Shown here: positions 44,319-53,895 of the stretch, in pieces
Numbering within the stretch: the stretch's first letter is position 1
How the letters are laid out: every line of letters starts with the position of its first letter
Notes under the pieces: model-generated
Databases searched by the model: none
Told to the model about the DNA's origin: nothing
Seen by the model: only the letters and a program-made list of their open reading frames with translations
Assembly: GCA_045636625.1 (NCBI GenBank)
Contig: JAZTXW010000048.1
Span: 1-60,480 of the forward strand
From: Oscillospiraceae bacterium
GTDB taxonomy: Bacteria > Bacillota > Clostridia > Oscillospirales > Ruminococcaceae
DNA: 60,480 nucleotides
Direction of reading: 5' to 3'
Position numbers and translations under genes: made by a program

Positions 44319-45773
44319 TCAGTCCTCCGGATATGCTATTGCGCCGGAATAGCTTTGGGTAAGAAGGCTTTCGATATTCGCGATATGGAAATTAGTGTTT
44401 GCGGCGGCGCAGTTATTGATGATAAGAACATCGGTGATTCCGCGGTCCTCAACAAGTTCTGCAAGGTTTCCGTCGTAATAACGTTCATCAACAACATAGG
44501 TTTCTTCAAAACCTGCGGCGATATAGGTTGCCGGAGCGTTTCCGTAGGATTCCTTGATTATAACGAGTTTTCTTCCGTTGTTTACGTTGGTTTTGATAAT
44601 GGTAAGCGGGAAATCTCCTCCGAGGAATACACCGTAGGAATAAGGTCCGCTTGCATAGCCATGCATTACGGAAGAAGCGAAATAGTTCTCAAGATCGCCT
44701 TTGTTATATTGATAGGTTTTGTTGGAAACGGGGAATTCACACCATTCGACATAGTCCGGGTTTTCCTCAAGGGCTTTTGCCATATTTGTTCCGGAATAAA
44801 GTGTTCCGAGGAAGCCGTTTATGGTGTGTTTTGTATAGGAATCGTAATCATAGTAGCTGAGTCCCGCTGCTTCCATAAATGCGGTATAGGCGTAATATGC
44901 ACCGAGACCTGTCCAATGGTGGTCGGTGTTGAAATAAAGATATTCGTCTTTATGCGCTTCAAGAACGCTGTAAGCATCGACGGCGATAACGTCACTGTCA
45001 TACATGGAATAGATATAATCTATGCTGTCTTTTTCAGAGTTGGAAATGTTCTGATATTTTCTCGGGAAGTCATAAAGTTCGGCATGTTTCGGAATTACCA
45101 TATTATAGACTTTAACTCCGCTTCCAAAAGCATCGCCGTATTTATTTACAACGGAAGCATAGTATTCAGCGGCGGATTTGCTTCCGCCGAAAAGTTCAAA
45201 CGCAATTCCTTTATAAACGAATATTCCGGCAACGGTTTCGCCTTGTTCACCGTCATCAACAACCGGCTGTTCCGGTTCGGAAATGCTCTCCTGCTCGGAA
45301 GAACTTTCGGAAGAAACCGGTTCTTCCGGCTGGCTTTCGCTTCCGGAGGAAGGATCTACAGAAGGTTCGCTTTCGGGTTCGGAGGAACTTTCGGAAGAAG
45401 CCGGAGGAATTTCATCCTCGGTTGTTCCGGGAACGGGACCGTAGATCTGCGCACCATCGATATGGATTCCGCGCATATCCTCGAGAGCGGACTGGAGTTT
45501 TACGAAACCTTCGCGGAAAGTGAATGTATCCGCATAGGCAAGTTCTATTCCAAGGGTATATTCGCCTTCAAAAAGAGATTCAAAACTGAATTCGGGCATC
45601 TGGTTAAGGTCGCGTTTTTCATATTCGGAATAGGTCGGCTGAGGAAGAGCCCAGGCAAGAATTCCTATTACAAAAATAAGAAGAAGGCAGACGGCAACGC
45701 TTGCGATTTTAACTATTTTATCGCTGCGTTCTCTATTATAATCTTCGCCGTAGGCGTATTTATCGATTTTCAT
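44319..45773 (-). CDS. DHHW-family protein (SGNH-like, membrane-anchored) with S/E/P-rich linker
   Basis: 484 aa. N-terminal TM helix, acidic Ser-rich linker, and the literal motif FNTDHHWTGLGAYY. Confidence 0.8.
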   Translation of the reverse strand: MKIDKYAYGEDYNRERSDKIVKIASVAVCLLLIFVIGILAWALPQPTYSEYEKRDLNQMPEFSFESLFEGEYTLGIELAYADTFTFREGFVKLQSALEDMRGIHIDGAQIYGPVPGTTEDEIPPASSESSSEPESEPSVDPSSGSESQPEEPVSSESSSEQESISEPEQPVVDDGEQGETVAGIFVYKGIAFELFGGSKSAAEYYASVVNKYGDAFGSGVKVYNMVIPKHAELYDFPRKYQNISNSEKDSIDYIYSMYDSDVIAVDAYSVLEAHKDEYLYFNTDHHWTGLGAYYAYTAFMEAAGLSYYDYDSYTKHTINGFLGTLYSGTNMAKALEENPDYVEWCEFPVSNKTYQYNKGDLENYFASSVMHGYASGPYSYGVFLGGDFPLTIIKTNVNNGRKLVIIKESYGNAPATYIAAGFEETYVVDERYYDGNLAELVEDRGITDVLIINNCAAANTNFHIANIESLLTQSYSGAIAYPED

Positions 45774-45791
45774 GAAAACTGCCTCCTTTCA

Positions 45792-47192
45792 TCAGAATTT
45801 ATAGTAGAGGAACGGGTTGTAGCTCATACCGACAAGAAGTGCGGTATTGACTATAAGCATGACCGCGTTCGCGGGAATCATAAGGATTTTTGCGGGCATC
45901 TGGAGTTTCGGACGGTTTTCGACAAATTTTTTGACCGCCGGAACAATCGGGCAGCAGAACGCAACAGCAAGAATAATCCAGAAAACATTGCCGAGAAGAG
46001 TGAGTTCAAGAGAGATATCCCAGAATCCGGTGCCTTTTGCTCCGAACATTACGGCGAAGCAATCCATCATCTGTCCCATGTCTTCGAAATAGAACATTAC
46101 CCAGCCGATAACCGCAACAAAGAGAAGATAGATGTTGGAAACAACCGGAAGCTTTTTGAGCCACTTGAGGAGGAAGAGTTTTTCAACGATGATAAGCGCT
46201 CCGAACCAAAGGCCCCAGATAATGAAGTTCCAGCTTGCTCCGTGCCAGAAACCGGTAAGGAACCAGACGATGAAAAGGTTGAGATACTGGTGCTTTCTGT
46301 TTCCTCCAAGGGGAATATAAACATAGTCACGGAAAAATCCGCCGAGGGACATATGCCATCTTCTCCAGAATTCCGTTGCGGAACGGGAGATATAAGGATA
46401 GTTGAAGTTTTCGAGGAAATGGAAACCGAACACTTTTCCAAGACCGATCGCCATATCGGAATAACCGGAAAAGTCATAATAAATCTGGATAGAGAACATC
46501 AGAACACCGAACCATACCGCTGCGGTGCTTCTTGCAGTAATATCGCCGGAAAGATAGGTTTCCGCAAACTGGCCGGCAACGTTTGCAATAAAAACTTTTT
46601 TGGTAAGACCAACGAGGAATCTTGCGGTACCGCTCCAGATATCCTCGAGGTTTTCCCGGCGGTTGTTGACTTCGATCGCAACGTCGGAATATCTTACGAT
46701 CGGACCCGCAACAAGCTGGGTATAAAGAGAAACATACATGAAAAACTTCATATAATTGTGCTGGGGTTCAACATTGCCTTTATAAACGTCGATGGTATAG
46801 CTCAAAGTCTGGAAAGTATAGAAGCTTATACCAATCGGAAGAGCAAATTCCGGAACCGGAAGATCAAGACCTGTGAGGAAATTAAAGTTTTCGACAAAGA
46901 ATCCGCTGTATTTAAAAATTCCAAGAAGACCAAGGTTTAAAACAAGCGAGGAAATAAGCGCAAGCTTTGCGCCGATTTTGCCGCGGTTCTTTTCAATTAT
47001 CAGACCGTGGAAATAGTCAATTGTCGCACTGAAAATAAGAAGAGTTACCCAAACCGGTTCACCCCACGCATAGAAAAAGAGCGAGAAGAAAATAAGCACT
47101 GCGTTTCTGAATGCTCTGTTTTTCGTGGAAAAATAGAGTATCAGGTTGACCGGCAGGAAAAGATAGAGGAAAAATAAGTTTGCAAATACCAT
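45792..47192 (-). CDS. MBOAT-family membrane O-acyltransferase (AlgI/DltB-like)
   Basis: 466 aa, polytopic. FWRRWHMSLGGFFRDYVYIPLGGNR and the catalytic His region FLTGFWHGASW. Confidence 0.9.
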   Translation of the reverse strand: MVFANLFFLYLFLPVNLILYFSTKNRAFRNAVLIFFSLFFYAWGEPVWVTLLIFSATIDYFHGLIIEKNRGKIGAKLALISSLVLNLGLLGIFKYSGFFVENFNFLTGLDLPVPEFALPIGISFYTFQTLSYTIDVYKGNVEPQHNYMKFFMYVSLYTQLVAGPIVRYSDVAIEVNNRRENLEDIWSGTARFLVGLTKKVFIANVAGQFAETYLSGDITARSTAAVWFGVLMFSIQIYYDFSGYSDMAIGLGKVFGFHFLENFNYPYISRSATEFWRRWHMSLGGFFRDYVYIPLGGNRKHQYLNLFIVWFLTGFWHGASWNFIIWGLWFGALIIVEKLFLLKWLKKLPVVSNIYLLFVAVIGWVMFYFEDMGQMMDCFAVMFGAKGTGFWDISLELTLLGNVFWIILAVAFCCPIVPAVKKFVENRPKLQMPAKILMIPANAVMLIVNTALLVGMSYNPFLYYKF

Positions 47193-47351
47193 ATTTTTGT
47201 CGTCCGTCCTTGTTTGTTTTTTATCTATTTGATGTCGTTTTCAAGCGAACTTTTTGTTCCGACAATAAAAATATAATAACCTATTTTTATGCTCTTTTCA
47301 ACAAATATTGAATTATTTAACAAATTTCTAACAAAATTATTCCGAAAAAGA

Positions 47352-48815
47352 TTATTTAAGACGGAACAGAAGCCTTGCAAAACCTTTTGCGGAAAAAGGG
47401 ATTATCGGAGAAAAATATCCGCCTTTTCCGTGAATTTTTGTTGAAAGAAGAAGATAAACCGTAAGCGCAATTCCCGCAATAAAACCCCATATTCCGAAAA
47501 CCGATATCCCGATAAGCATAAACATCCGCATGAATTTTATTGCGTAGCCAAGTTCATACCCCGGCTGGCTGTAGTTTGCCATTGCGACAAAAGCCATATA
47601 GAGCATTGTTTCCGAAGCAAACCAACCGCTTTTTACCGCAAAATCGCTTACGATTATTCCGGCGATTATCGAAAAAGTTGAAGAAAGCATTCCCGGGGTG
47701 TTGAGGGAGGAAAGTTTCAGTCCGTCTATCACAAATTCCAGAATCAAAAGCTGCCAGATTATCGGTATATTCTGATTTTCCGTAACAAGAACGAATCTGA
47801 ACACATCCGGAACTTTTTCCGGATATTCAAGCGCAAGAAGCCATACCGGCGTTACAAAAAGAGTAACAAGCATTGTTAAAATTCGTGTTATCCGAAGATA
47901 CGCTCCTGTAAGCGGCGGAAAATAATAATCGTTTGCGTCCTCCGCAATATCAAAAATTGTCGCGGGCATGATCATTGCCGTTGGCGTGTTATCCACCAGA
48001 ACAATAAGGTCGCCCTGCATTATCTGCGCGACAGCAACGTCCGGACGTTCGGTAAATTTATATTTCGGAAAAGGATTCCAGCGCTGTTTTCCGTTTATAA
48101 CATTCGCCATATCCTCCTGGCTCATTGTCAGCGCTTCAAGTTTGGAGTTTTTTATTTTGTTCCGCACGTCCCCAAGCATTTCTTTATCCACTTTTCCGCT
48201 GAGATAGCAAAGGGCAATATCTGTTTTTGAAACAGTTCCTATGGACTGATATTCAACGCTTAGGTCACAGTCGCGTATTCTTCTGCGGATCAGCGCGGCG
48301 TTGAAAAGCATTGTTTCCGTAAAACCGTCCCTTGAACCGCGCAGAACTTTGTCACGATCCGGCTCAGCGTTATCGCGCTGGGGATAATTACGCAGTTCAA
48401 AAACGAACGCGTTTGCGAATCCGTCAACAATGAGCACCGTTCTTCCGCTGAGCACCGCCGTTACGAGCATCGAATCCTCACTTTCCGCCTCAACACCGGC
48501 AAAAGGGATATGACGTTCAAAAAACTCCTTTTCGGAATCCGCATCCCCTTCCTTCAAAAAGCTGAATTCCGCCAGGATCCGTTCAAGAACGTCGCTTCGA
48601 AGAAAGCCGTCTATCATATAGAGCACCGCAGATTTTCCGGCAATCATCAGTTCCCTTTTCTTCAGATCAAAGTTGCGTTTTGTGCAAAAAAGCGCATCAA
48701 AATGCAGTTTATTCGTTTCAATATCCGTTGAAATATTCATTAAAAAACGCCGCCTTTCCAAAGGATATTTTTCCATGAAAAGCGGCAGATATTCCTGTAT
48801 AAACCGCTTGAGCAC
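47352..48815 (-). CDS. GerA-family spore germination protein, A-subunit type (GerAA/SpoVAF-like), orphan
   Basis: 487 aa. Soluble N-terminal domain (LYMIDGF, RDGFTET) plus a C-terminal 5-TM region typical of GerA A subunits. No B or C subunit genes are adjacent. Confidence 0.75.
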   Translation of the reverse strand: MLKRFIQEYLPLFMEKYPLERRRFLMNISTDIETNKLHFDALFCTKRNFDLKKRELMIAGKSAVLYMIDGFLRSDVLERILAEFSFLKEGDADSEKEFFERHIPFAGVEAESEDSMLVTAVLSGRTVLIVDGFANAFVFELRNYPQRDNAEPDRDKVLRGSRDGFTETMLFNAALIRRRIRDCDLSVEYQSIGTVSKTDIALCYLSGKVDKEMLGDVRNKIKNSKLEALTMSQEDMANVINGKQRWNPFPKYKFTERPDVAVAQIMQGDLIVLVDNTPTAMIMPATIFDIAEDANDYYFPPLTGAYLRITRILTMLVTLFVTPVWLLALEYPEKVPDVFRFVLVTENQNIPIIWQLLILEFVIDGLKLSSLNTPGMLSSTFSIIAGIIVSDFAVKSGWFASETMLYMAFVAMANYSQPGYELGYAIKFMRMFMLIGISVFGIWGFIAGIALTVYLLLSTKIHGKGGYFSPIIPFSAKGFARLLFRLK

Positions 48816-48857
48816 AAAAAATGTTTCCGGTGCTCAAAGGGTTATTTTATCCTTCTG

Positions 48858-48886
48858 TTGACGGGAAAGAAATTTTATGTTATAAT
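48858..48886 (+). promoter_or_regulatory. Sigma-A promoter of the marR-ABC operon
   Basis: TTGACG - 17 nt (ending TGT, extended -10) - TATAAT. Confidence 0.7.
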
Positions 48887-48916
48887 TGTTGCGTAAGCAA
48901 CAGTTGCATTCGCAAC
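48887..48916 (+). promoter_or_regulatory. Tandem palindromic operator, putative MarR binding sites
   Basis: TGTTGC-GTAA-GCAACA (48887-48902) is immediately followed by GTTGC-ATTC-GCAAC (48903-48916), starting right after the -10 box. Confidence 0.55.
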
Positions 48917-48943
48917 ATTTTTCAGGAAAAGGAGGAATATTCT

Positions 48944-49387
48944 ATGCCAAAATTTATGAAAAGTCTTAATATAATCAGCCGATGCCAATTTGCCTTCCGT
49001 ACAAAACATGCCGAAGGCGAACTCAGCGCAATCCATCATTCCCTTGTTCTTGCAATCTGCCGTGAACCCGGACGATCCCAGGATGAACTTGCGAAAGATA
49101 TCTGCATTGATAAAAGCGGAGTTGCAAGGGCACTTTCCTCCCTTGAGGAGAAAGGCTTTGTCGAAAGAAAAACCGACCCGGAAAACAAGCGGAAAACCCT
49201 TGTTTTTCCGACAGAAAAACTTCTTGAAATTATCCCTTCCGTCCGCTTTGTAACCGCGGAATGGAACCGCCTTGTTTCCGAAGGGATTTCCGAAGAGGAA
49301 TTTGCGATTTTTCAGTCCGTTCTTTTCCGGATTGAACAAAACGCAAGAGAAATCGTTGAAAGAACGGAGATGACTGCCGAAAAATGA
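48944..49387 (+). CDS. MarR-family transcriptional regulator
   Basis: 147 aa from the ATG after AAAGGAGG. Winged HTH: QDELAKDICIDKSGVARALSSLEEKGFVERKTDPENKRK. Confidence 0.88.
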   Translation: MPKFMKSLNIISRCQFAFRTKHAEGELSAIHHSLVLAICREPGRSQDELAKDICIDKSGVARALSSLEEKGFVERKTDPENKRKTLVFPTEKLLEIIPSVRFVTAEWNRLVSEGISEEEFAIFQSVLFRIEQNAREIVERTEMTAEK

Positions 49388-51102
49388 AATTTCTTCTTAA
49401 ATACCTTAAACCTTTTAAAAACCGGATGGCCGTAGGCCTTTCGATAAAAATTGCGGGAACGGTTGTTGAACTTTTTCTTCCGTATATTCTCACCCATATC
49501 CTTGACAACGTAATAGGAACTCTTAGAGTTGAAAAAGTTGTTTTCTGGGGAATTGCCATGATCATCTGCGCCGCACTTGCCTGTGCGGGAAACATTATTG
49601 CAAACAGGATGGCAGCAAAGACGTCGAAAGATTTTTCCAAAAAGATGAGAAAAGATCTTTTTGAAAAAACTCTTTATCTTTCCGCAACGGATACAGACCG
49701 TTTTACCATTCCTTCCCTTGAATCAAGAATAACTACCGATACTTATAACGTTCACAACTTTGTAAGCATGATGCAGCGAATGGGCGTTAGAGCGCCTATT
49801 CTTCTTATCGGCGGAATGAGCATAAGCTTTTTTATGGACCCGAACCTTGCGCTTATAATGCTTGCGACTCTTCCTTTTATCTTCATTACGGTTTATTCCA
49901 TTTCCCGGAACGGCGTTCCGCTTTATACAAAAGTCCAGAAATCCGTTGACAGCATGGTCCGTGTAGTCCGTGAGGACACCCAGGGAATCCGCGTAATAAA
50001 GGCTCTTTCAAAAAACGATTATGAAAACCGCCGCTATGACCGGGTCAACCTTGCTCTTTCAAAAGAGGAACGCAAAGCCGGAACCATTATGGGTTCGGTA
50101 AACCCGATCATGACCCTTCTTATGAACCTTGGCATCACCGCCGTTGTTGCGGTAAGCGCCTTTACCGTTCAGAAAGGTATTTCCACCCCGGCAACGGTTA
50201 TTGCTTTCGTTCAGTATTTTACCCTTATTTCCATGGCGATGATGGTAATTTCGAGAATTTTTGTAATGTACACAAAATGCGCCGCTTCCGCAAACAGAAT
50301 CGCTGAAGTTCTTGAAACCCCGGACGGATTTTTTGTCACCGAAGATTCTTCCGGACCTGACAGCCAAAAATTCATATCTTTTGAAAACGTTTCTTTTTCC
50401 TATCTCGGCAAAAAGAACAATATCGAAAATCTTTCCGTTTCTGTTCCGAAAGGCGGAACTCTTGGAATAATCGGCGCAACCGGAAGCGGAAAATCCACTT
50501 TTGCAAAACTTCTTATGCGGGCTTATGAAGCGGATTTTGGAAAAATCAGAATCAACGGAAAAGATATTACAGCTTATAGCCGCAAAGAACTTACTTCAAT
50601 GTTCGGCGTTGCGCTTCAGAACGATTTTCTTTATGCGGATACCATAAAAGAAAACATTTCTTTCGGAAGAGAACTTTCTGATGAGGAAATCAGAAGAGCG
50701 GCAAAAATCGCCCAGGCGGAGGATTTTATCGAAGAACTTCCGGAAAAATACAAACACGTTATCGCACCGAAAGGAACCAACCTTTCCGGCGGACAGCGCC
50801 AACGTCTTCTTATCGCAAGAGCGGTTGCCGCAAAACCGGATATCATAATCCTCGACGATTCCTCCTCCGCGCTGGATTACAAAACCGATGCGGCGCTTCG
50901 CAGCGCTCTTGAGACCGAACTTTCCGGTTCCACCGTTATAACTGTTGCCCAAAGGGTAAGCTCCGTTAAAAACTGCGGAGAGATCCTTGTTCTTGACAAC
51001 GGAAAAATTATCGGAAGAGGAACTCACGAAGAACTTCTTGAAAACTGTCCCGAATATAAAGAAATCAGCGATTCTCAGATGGGAGGTGCTTTTGTTGACT
51101 GA
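49384..51102 (+). CDS. ABC transporter ATP-binding/permease protein (exporter half-transporter)
   Basis: 572 aa. Walker A GATGSGKST, signature LSGGQRQR, Walker B ILDDSSSALD. Overlaps marR by 4 nt. Confidence 0.9.
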   Translation: MKFLLKYLKPFKNRMAVGLSIKIAGTVVELFLPYILTHILDNVIGTLRVEKVVFWGIAMIICAALACAGNIIANRMAAKTSKDFSKKMRKDLFEKTLYLSATDTDRFTIPSLESRITTDTYNVHNFVSMMQRMGVRAPILLIGGMSISFFMDPNLALIMLATLPFIFITVYSISRNGVPLYTKVQKSVDSMVRVVREDTQGIRVIKALSKNDYENRRYDRVNLALSKEERKAGTIMGSVNPIMTLLMNLGITAVVAVSAFTVQKGISTPATVIAFVQYFTLISMAMMVISRIFVMYTKCAASANRIAEVLETPDGFFVTEDSSGPDSQKFISFENVSFSYLGKKNNIENLSVSVPKGGTLGIIGATGSGKSTFAKLLMRAYEADFGKIRINGKDITAYSRKELTSMFGVALQNDFLYADTIKENISFGRELSDEEIRRAAKIAQAEDFIEELPEKYKHVIAPKGTNLSGGQRQRLLIARAVAAKPDIIILDDSSSALDYKTDAALRSALETELSGSTVITVAQRVSSVKNCGEILVLDNGKIIGRGTHEELLENCPEYKEISDSQMGGAFVD

Positions 51103-52882
51103 AAATAACAAATCAAAAAACACAAAAGGAATCCTCATCCGCCTTGGAAAATATGTCTTTAAAGAATGGCCGCTTTTTATTTCCGCGGTTGTTTTCACTC
51201 TTCTTTCCAACCAGCTTTCGCTTCTCGGACCGAAATATTCCGGAGCGGCAATCGACGCCATCAGCCTTTCCGGCGGAAGCAACCTTCCGGAGGTTTGGGA
51301 AAACGTTATCAGAATGGCGGTATGCTATGCTCTTTCAGCAATTCTTGCCTATTTTCTTGCTGTAATAATGATACACCTGAGCCAGAAGATAGTTTACCGC
51401 ATGAGAAAACAGCTTTTTGAAAAACTGAATACCCTTCCCGTCGGATATTTCGACACACACCCCACAGGCGACATCATAAGCCGTATTTCCTATGATATCG
51501 ATACCATCAACTCTTCCCTTTCCCACGACCTTGTTCAGGTCATGACAAGCGTTTATACTGTTCTCGGTTCCCTTATTTTCATGTGGAATATTTCAAAACC
51601 GATGATACTGATTTTTGCGTTCACCGTTCCTGCTTCGATTCTTTTCACCCGTTACCGTTCCAAAAAAGTCCGTCCGCTTTTCAGCGAACGTTCAAAAAAG
51701 CTTGGTGAGCTGAACGGTTTTGCGGAAGAAATGCTTTCGGGAACCCGCTCTATCGAAGCTTACGGAAAACAGGACGTTATTTCCGGCAGATTCAACGAAA
51801 GAAACGAATCCGCCATGGAAGCTTATTACCGCGCGGAATATTACGGCGCAACGCTTGGTCCTTCCGTAAACTTCATAAACAATCTTTCAATGTCCCTTGT
51901 TGCAATGCTCGGCGGAATACTCTATATGCTTTCCTTCGGCGGAAAGGTTTCTGAAGTTTCGATTTTTTTCATCACCCTTGGCGGAGTTGCCCAGTTTGTT
52001 CAGTATTCCAGAAAATTTGCCGGACCGATAAACGAATTCGCAAATATTCTTCATGAATTCCAATCCGCTTTTTCCGCGGCGGAAAGGGTTTTCCGTATCA
52101 TTGACGAAGAACCCGAACCCGAGGATTCTTCCGATTCGCAAAACCTTGAAAACGTTAAGGGTTTTGTTGAGGTTGACAATGTTTCTTTCGGATATGTTCC
52201 GGAAAAACCGATTCTCAAAAACGTTTCGGTAAAAGCCGAACCCGGAAAAACCATTGCAATAGTCGGTCCCACAGGCGCAGGAAAAACCACCATCATAAAT
52301 CTTCTTATGCGTTTTTATGACGTGGATTCCGGCGAAATACGCCTTGAAGGAATTCCCGCAAAGGAAATAAAACGAAAAGACCTTCGCAAAGCGTTCACCA
52401 TGGTTTTGCAGGACACTTGGCTTTTCCACGGAACGGTTTTTGAAAACATTGTTTACGGACGCGAGAATGCCACTCTTGAGGAAGTAAAGGCCGCTGCAAA
52501 AGCCGCAAGGATCGACGAATATATCGAAAGCCTTCCGGAAGGTTATGACACCGTTCTTTCCGATGACGGCGTCAATATTTCAAAAGGTCAGCGGCAGCTT
52601 ATCACCATTGCAAGGGCTTTTCTTTCCGATGCTCCCATGCTTATTCTTGATGAAGCGACCAGCAACGTTGACTCCAGAACAGAAATAAAGATCCAGGAAG
52701 CCATGAACGAACTTATGAAAGGGCGCACCTGTTTTGTAATTGCGCACAGACTTTCCACCATCCAGAACGCGGACAATATTCTTGTTGTCCGGGACGGAAC
52801 GGTTACCGAACAGGGTACCCACGAGGAACTTCTGGAACTTGGAGGATTTTACAGCACCCTTTATAATTCCCAGTTTGCGTAA
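51095..52882 (+). CDS. ABC transporter ATP-binding/permease protein (heterodimer partner)
   Basis: Start at the TTG 6 nt after GGGAGGTG, overlapping the upstream stop by 8 nt. Walker A GPTGAGKTT, signature ISKGQRQ, Walker B ILDEATS. Confidence 0.88.
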   Translation: MTENNKSKNTKGILIRLGKYVFKEWPLFISAVVFTLLSNQLSLLGPKYSGAAIDAISLSGGSNLPEVWENVIRMAVCYALSAILAYFLAVIMIHLSQKIVYRMRKQLFEKLNTLPVGYFDTHPTGDIISRISYDIDTINSSLSHDLVQVMTSVYTVLGSLIFMWNISKPMILIFAFTVPASILFTRYRSKKVRPLFSERSKKLGELNGFAEEMLSGTRSIEAYGKQDVISGRFNERNESAMEAYYRAEYYGATLGPSVNFINNLSMSLVAMLGGILYMLSFGGKVSEVSIFFITLGGVAQFVQYSRKFAGPINEFANILHEFQSAFSAAERVFRIIDEEPEPEDSSDSQNLENVKGFVEVDNVSFGYVPEKPILKNVSVKAEPGKTIAIVGPTGAGKTTIINLLMRFYDVDSGEIRLEGIPAKEIKRKDLRKAFTMVLQDTWLFHGTVFENIVYGRENATLEEVKAAAKAARIDEYIESLPEGYDTVLSDDGVNISKGQRQLITIARAFLSDAPMLILDEATSNVDSRTEIKIQEAMNELMKGRTCFVIAHRLSTIQNADNILVVRDGTVTEQGTHEELLELGGFYSTLYNSQFA

Positions 52883-52883
52883 A

Positions 52884-52918
52884 ATAAAAAAGGACGGTTT
52901 TAAACCGTCCTTTTTTTA
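52884..52918. terminator. Bidirectional intrinsic terminator
   Basis: Hairpin AGGACGGTTT-T-AAACCGTCCT flanked by A and T runs. Confidence 0.8.
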
Positions 52919-53788
52919 TAAAGTTTTATATTTCGGAATAATATCTCCGCGGATAAGACTTCCGAGAACAGATTCCAGCATTACGCCCTGTCTTGGGTCG
53001 CTTCCGTAGCTGAAAGTTGTTTTTACGCAAAGTTCCGCAAAATCCGTCGCCTTTCCGATAGCTATCGGAAGGCTTGCTCCGCTGAGCATTGCGCCGATAA
53101 GCACCGACGCAAAGATATCTCCGCATCCGGGATAATGCACAGGGATATATTCACAGGGAGAATACCAGAAAGAACCTTGCTCGCTGTCATAGCCGATGTT
53201 TGCAAGAATTCCCGTTGCAAGTTCAACACCGGTAACAACAATTTTTTTCGGGCCAAGATTTTTAAGCTTCAGGAGGAGACTTCTGGCCTCGGTTACAGTC
53301 ATGGGTTCGTTTTTATAGCTTTCACCGAGAAGCATAAACGCTTCGGTAAGGTTTGGCGTAATAACATCCGCAACAGCCGCAAGTTCTTTCATCCTGTTCT
53401 GGAGATTTTTGGTGCATGTCCTGTATGCTTTTCCGTTATCGCCCATTACCGGATCCACTATTTTCAATGCGTTAGGATAACTTTTGAAAAATTCAAGGCA
53501 GGAATCAACCTGTTCTTCGCTTCCGAGGAAACCGGAATACACCGCCTCAAAACCTATATCAAGATTTTTATAATGTTCAAGGGCAGGTTTTATATAATCC
53601 GTAAGATCGCGGAAAACAACTTCGCCGAATCCGCCGGTATGGGTTGATAAAACCGCTGTCAGAACCGGGCAGACCTGGATCCCCATTGCGGAAAGAACAG
53701 GAAGGATTACGGAAACGGAACATCTTCCGAAACCGGAAAGGTCATGTATTGCGGCAACTCTTGCCGGTCTTTTTTCCAATCGGAACAC
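52916..53788 (-). CDS. pdxK: Pyridoxal/pyridoxamine kinase (PdxK/PdxY family)
   Basis: 290 aa. RVAAIHDLSGFGRCS, VDPVMGDNG, and the ribokinase-like anion hole GCGDIFASV. Confidence 0.85.
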   Translation of the reverse strand: MFRLEKRPARVAAIHDLSGFGRCSVSVILPVLSAMGIQVCPVLTAVLSTHTGGFGEVVFRDLTDYIKPALEHYKNLDIGFEAVYSGFLGSEEQVDSCLEFFKSYPNALKIVDPVMGDNGKAYRTCTKNLQNRMKELAAVADVITPNLTEAFMLLGESYKNEPMTVTEARSLLLKLKNLGPKKIVVTGVELATGILANIGYDSEQGSFWYSPCEYIPVHYPGCGDIFASVLIGAMLSGASLPIAIGKATDFAELCVKTTFSYGSDPRQGVMLESVLGSLIRGDIIPKYKTL

Positions 53789-53895
53789 CTCTTTTTTAAA
53801 ATTTTCTCCATTTTAAAATCCGAAAAATTCCGCGAATTCATTTTCTTTAAATGCGGAAAATATTTTTGCAAAACAAAAGAATGGAGGGATTATTT

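Noticed and set aside
43731-46940. A 1069-aa ORF on the plus strand spanning three minus-strand genes (RumA-like, DHHW, MBOAT)
   Set aside because: It is the codon-aligned antisense frame of all three genes, whose stops at 42945, 44319 and 45792 are congruent modulo 3 with 43731. It stays open only because the genome almost never uses TTA, CTA or TCA codons, which read as stops on the opposite strand. The translation is low-complexity (F/K/I/G-rich), has no RBS, and each minus-strand gene has clear family motifs.
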